The notes under the pieces: generated by a model
Database searches by the model: none
What the model was told of the DNA's origin: nothing
What the model saw: only the letters and a program-made list of their open reading frames with translations
Part shown: piece by piece, positions 37,801 through 64,000 of the stretch
Layout of the letters: every line of letters begins with the position of its first letter
How positions within the stretch are numbered: the stretch's first letter is position 1
Assembly: GCA_013239625.1 (NCBI GenBank)
Contig: MU053334.1
Span: 631,190 to 695,189 of the forward strand
From: Lama guanicoe
Lineage: Eukaryota
Direction of reading: 5' to 3'
DNA: 64,000 nucleotides
Made by a program: the position numbers and the translations under genes

Positions 37801-40253
37801 TTAGGGAGGCCGTGGGGCTCCCCAGCAGGAGGGCTCCCGAGGGCCTGCTCTCCACTCCCTGCCTCCAGGGAAGTGGTGGGACTGGAACCCGAACTTCCCA
37901 CCCCAGCACACCCAGGGCGGTAGGGAAGCTTCACCAAGGAGGGGTACCTCCATGCTGGGCTTTGAGGGGTGTGTAGGAGTCCGTGGGCAGAGGACTTTCA
38001 GGGACAGCGGCAGCAAGCAGAGGAAGACGAAGGCTGAGAGGGAGCCACCAGGGCTCTAGGACGAGGCCCAGAGCAGCCCCTGCCCCCCTGCCGTGCGCTG
38101 TGGCCAGGGCCCCAGCGCACAGGCCTGCAGGCAGCTGGCTGTGGTGGGCTCATGCCTGACGGCACGTGGCTCGTCCAGGGCACCTCCTCCCCTGCTTCTC
38201 TGTCCTCTGGGGCTTTCTGAGCGGCTGTGCACCAGCTGGTTCATGGAGCCACCAAGCTTCCTCGTATGCGAAGTGATGGTGGTAACAGTCCCCCACGTCA
38301 CACGGCCCCCGGGGCGCAGTCTGCAGTTTGGCTGTCATGATTATCGGTGGCAGTGACAGCAGCCATTTAATTGCCCAAGAGTCACCTGCGTCGCTGTTCA
38401 GTCCTGTCTGTTGGAGGCTCACTTCCTTTCCTTCTGGAAGCAGGACCACATTTCTCCCCACACACTGTGGCTCCTGCCCCCCGAGGACATGCTTGCAAGG
38501 GTGTGTATTCACCGGTGTGCGGCATGTGCGCTGAGTCATGAGGCTCACCCGTGGGGCGCTTCTGGGCCGTCGGTGTCTCCCTGGGAGCCCCCGCCTGTTC
38601 TGTTTGCGGCTGGTCCGGCGTCTGTCCTGCGTGGTGGGGACCTGCAGGAGCTCGTGCCCCAGGGAGTGGCTTTGCCACCCATTGGTGCTGGTCCTCTTTT
38701 CCTTGTGGCCTCAGTTGTCTGCGGGGCTCACCCGACAGAAGTCTGCCTTCAATGCTGCGCTGCCCCTGCTGGCGTCTGCGTCTGGGCCAAGACCCACCTC
38801 GTGTCGGAGGGCGGGGTTGGTGCCAGCTGTTCTGGAGGCTGTGAAGTCCCCATGCCTCCGCTCTGAGTTACAGGTGCTGGTGCAGCTCCCCGGGCCTTCT
38901 CTGCTCTCCCCCTGACCTGGAATCATAGGGCTTGTGCGCCAGATCAGAGGCAGCTGGCAAGAGGCCCCAGGAGCCCGCAGCCCTTCCCCGGCAGAAGACG
39001 GGATGCAGCGGGCTCACCTGCAGCGCCTCTGTCCTTCCCGGAGCCCGGGGCTTCCGGCTTCCACCAGGCCTGGCCCCTAGCCCTCGTCCCTCTCTTGCCC
39101 CTGGGGGCACACTGGTGAGCTCACTGGCCCACAGGGTGAGGCTGCGGCTGCAGGGCTGCAGGGCTGCTGAGGGGCCCTGGTTGAGCTGAGGACAGGCAGT
39201 GCTGGGGAGGAGGTGGGGCTGAACTTGTGAGGCACTCAGACGGACGGCCAGACACAGAGATGCGTGGCCCCCTGGGAACATGTTTTCAGTGTATGTAGCA
39301 AAGAACTCATTTCCCATATAAAGCAAAAGGTTCTGTAGACGGGTAAGAATCAGCCCCACAGCAGTGGTCAGTGACCATGAGACGCTGTCAAGGTTGCAGT
39401 TAAAGCAGCAATGACAGGGTTGGCAGAGCGTGAATGAGACAGAGTGGGCGTCCTGTGATCCATGCCCCTCAAAACCCTCAAAACCCAGAGAAGCTGCAGT
39501 GCTGTGGTGAGCAGGTTGGCCTACAAGGGGCTATGTCCCAGCCCCCCAGTGCTGGACACAGCCCCAGCCACGGCACTCACCTCCATGCCCGTCGGGGAGC
39601 ACAGGTCACCTCAGAGAGCATCAGGGTAGGGCCCAGGTGCTGGAAGCGGGTGCAGGGCATATCGGCCATGGAGGGTCTGGCGCAGGGTGGAGGGCAGCTG
39701 GTGGCGGGTGGGCTAGGTTGGAAGAGGCGCTCCTGAGGCTCTGGCAGCATCCCAGCCGGGGGCAGGGGAGGCGCCCAGCTGTGCGCACGCGGCCAGGGGC
39801 AGTGACCAGGACCCCGGGGCCCTGAAGTGTGGTGGTGACCGCAGGTAGCATCCTGTCCTGCGGGGGGCCTGGGGAGGAGGGCCGCAGGGTTGCAGCTGCC
39901 CAGCGAGTGGCCTTGGGCCTGTCCTGGTGTCCTGGGGAGAGCAGTGAGCTGGACACAGGCATGGGGGCACCTCTGTCTAAGGGTCAGCAAGCCAAAAGGA
40001 GGGTGACGGGTGCAGGTGGCAGGACAGCGGAGGCTGAGGTATGGGGTGGGGGCGCCGTGTGAGATCTTGAGGGGCCCGGCAGGGTGTGGCCCTAGACCTG
40101 CTGTGGGTGCCAGGGCTGCAGCTGAACATCTGGGGAAGGGACACTAGGTGTCACTGGCCTAGGAGCAAGGGCTGGAGGAGGCGGCAGAGGGCCGATCCCG
40201 CGGGAGATGTGGTGTGGGGCAAAGTGATGTCGGATACAGCTTCTGGGCAGTGA

Positions 40254-62330
<22,077 letters not shown>

Positions 62331-62548
62331 ACACATAGCCCCCTCCCCCAGCACGGCCCTGACAGCGGCCCAGGCCGCCTCGCCGCCCGCCACGTGTGGA
62401 CCCGGGGCCGCGCCCATCTGTCCGCCTAGACGGCTGTGAAGCCGGGGAGGAGGGGCACTGGGGGCCACGCCGCGCTGGGCCTGCCCGTGCGCTCCCCTCG
62501 CTGTCTCTCTGCCCCTCTGACAACGCCCTGTTTCCACTCTGACACCAG

Positions 62549-62568
62549 GAATTATCCCGAAAAGTTAA
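62549..62568 (+). CDS. BRSK2: BRSK2 alternative short C-terminus via downstream acceptor: (G)IIPKS*
   Basis: ctctgacaccag|GAATTATCCCGAAAAGTTAA; phase 1; matches the GIIPKS ending I recall for BRSK2 isoforms. Confidence 0.85.
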
Positions 62569-63410
62569 CACGTCGCCTCCACGAGGCCGCCCTCTGTGCT
62601 CTGCGCCGGATGCTGGCTGACCCAAGGCCGCTGCCGTGGATCTGTCCTCTCCTCTCCTGCTGCTGCTGCTGCTGCCCGCCCGGCGGCCAGGCTCTGCCCG
62701 CCTCTGCCTGCCCGCCCATCGCCTCTGCCCGCCCGCACGGCAGCTCTGCCCGGTCTCAGCTCCGCATGGCCATGGGGAGGAGGACCCGGCTCCGAGGGGA
62801 AGCTGCCCCCGGCCCACCCGACGGGATGCGCAGCGACCGGAGCCCTCAGCAGGTCCAGCCTGCCCAGCCGGCCTCCAGATCAGGGCCCAAGGGGGCAAAG
62901 CAGCCATGAGGCCCAGCGCCGTGCGGCCTCTCCTCGGCACCTCTCCTCCCTGCAGCTCCCTCCTCCGTCCAGGCACCTCATGCCGCCACGGCTCACGGGG
63001 CTCAGACGCTCCCCTTCCTTCCTGGCCATGGGGGGAAGAGACCCCGGAGGCCCGGAGCACCCGCCCGCCCGCCCCGGGCTGGCCGAGACCAGTGTCACTT
63101 ATTTGCGGTTTTACCTTACTGAGTTTCTTACTTCTCTGTTCAGGGAAGGGGCAGCAGCAGCGCCGTCCTGCCGTCTGTCTGTCTGTCTGTCTGTGTGTCT
63201 TGGGCAGGGTGGGGTCTGGGCCAAGGTGCCCGTGGACAGAGCCGGCGGGGGCAGCCGGTGGATGCGGCGCTGGCAAGCTACTGTAAACTTTAAAGAATTC
63301 CTGCAAGATATTTTTATAAACTTTTTTCCTTGGTTGTTTTTGGAGAAGGGTGTTGGGGGACTGGGGGCAGCGCTAGGCTCGGAGTTCCGCTCTTTGCTCT
63401 TGGTCCTTCC

Positions 63411-63452
63411 TGCACACGCACACGCGCGCGCGCACACGCACACACACACGTA
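63411..63452. repeat. Alternating purine-pyrimidine (CA/CG) tract in 3'UTR
   Basis: tgcacacgcacacgcgcgcgcgcacacgcacacacacacgta. Confidence 0.85.
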
Positions 63453-64000
63453 TTCAGAGAAGGGTGCGCTTCGCTCGGCCTTGGCCCTGGCCCGTTCCGT
63501 GGGGGCCCGGGCTGGGGACCATCTTGGTTTCGTGTCCGAGTGTGGGGCAGGAGGAAGCCCGAACCGCCCACCCCCCCGAGACAGCAGGGGCACCGCAGGG
63601 TTCTTTTTTATTAAAATGACAAAAATTTAAAAAACACAAACAGCCAGGGAGCAAGGCAGCGGCGGCCTCTGCGCGTGGAGGGCCGCCTGTCCGGTCTGTC
63701 TCTGCCTCGGGGGCCACGGGCGCGGAGGCAGGTGCGATTGCACACCCTTGCTGTGACAAGTCCACTTTGCATCTGGTGCCTCCCGCCCGCCCTGTCCGCT
63801 CTCCTGTCGTGGGTAGATTTGAACACTTGTTACACGGACCCCCCGACCACAGGCTGGGATTTCAGTACATGACAAAAAAGCGAACACCTAGAACAGCGAG
63901 AGCCGCGCGCGCCGGCGGGAGGGGCCGCTCCAGAGACAGAGGACACGGAAGCAATACCTCTCGTTAGCCTTCTTCCTCTTTTGTACTCGGGACACACGGA

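Larger units (their letters stand above)
62331..64000 (+). other. BRSK2: BRSK2 3'UTR (end not defined; candidate ATTAAA at 63610-63615)
   Basis: Follows the stop codon; has AU-rich blocks at ~63280-63340 and ~63600-63640; no AATAAA seen. Confidence 0.7.

Noticed and set aside
39280..39510. Possible plus-strand L1ME remnant; also scattered MIR-like fragments (~7060, ~59790)
   Set aside because: Too degenerate to support by eye; needs RepeatMasker.

Overview
This is GC-rich mammalian genomic DNA, not prokaryotic. It holds almost the whole BRSK2 (SAD-A, AMPK-related BR serine/threonine kinase 2) gene on the + strand. A CpG-island promoter/5'UTR lies at ~2.3-4.1 kb. Coding exon 1 is not visible and most likely sits in the 518-nt N gap (3042-3559). 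Intron 1 is ~37 kb. Exons 2-20 were mapped by hand between 40426 and 62330; all visible boundaries are GT-AG and phase-consistent. Adding the 91-nt coding exon 1 expected from orthologues gives 2211 nt = 736 aa + stop. The 3'UTR runs toward the window end. A tRNA-Ala-derived SINE suggests a camelid host (inference). Highlights: (1) a hidden in-frame 369-nt upstream extension of exon 14, fed by a distant branch point across a 297-nt AG-free zone, encoding a Pro-rich segment with a BRSK1-like KTQTLPS motif; (2) a combinatorial C-terminal splicing module, including a PDZ-ligand-like ESSL end; (3) two candidate splice-to-NMD switches, at the exon 3 donor and exon 9; (4) four REST/RE1 sites, two of them non-canonical with 8-nt spacers; (5) an Ig-switch-like pentamer array in intron 12; (6) a 93-bp dispersed duplication in intron 1. 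There is no CRISPR array, rRNA or intact mobile element. Nearly all ORFs in the supplied track are GC-content noise. Orthologue and repeat-family comparisons are from memory, not from searches.
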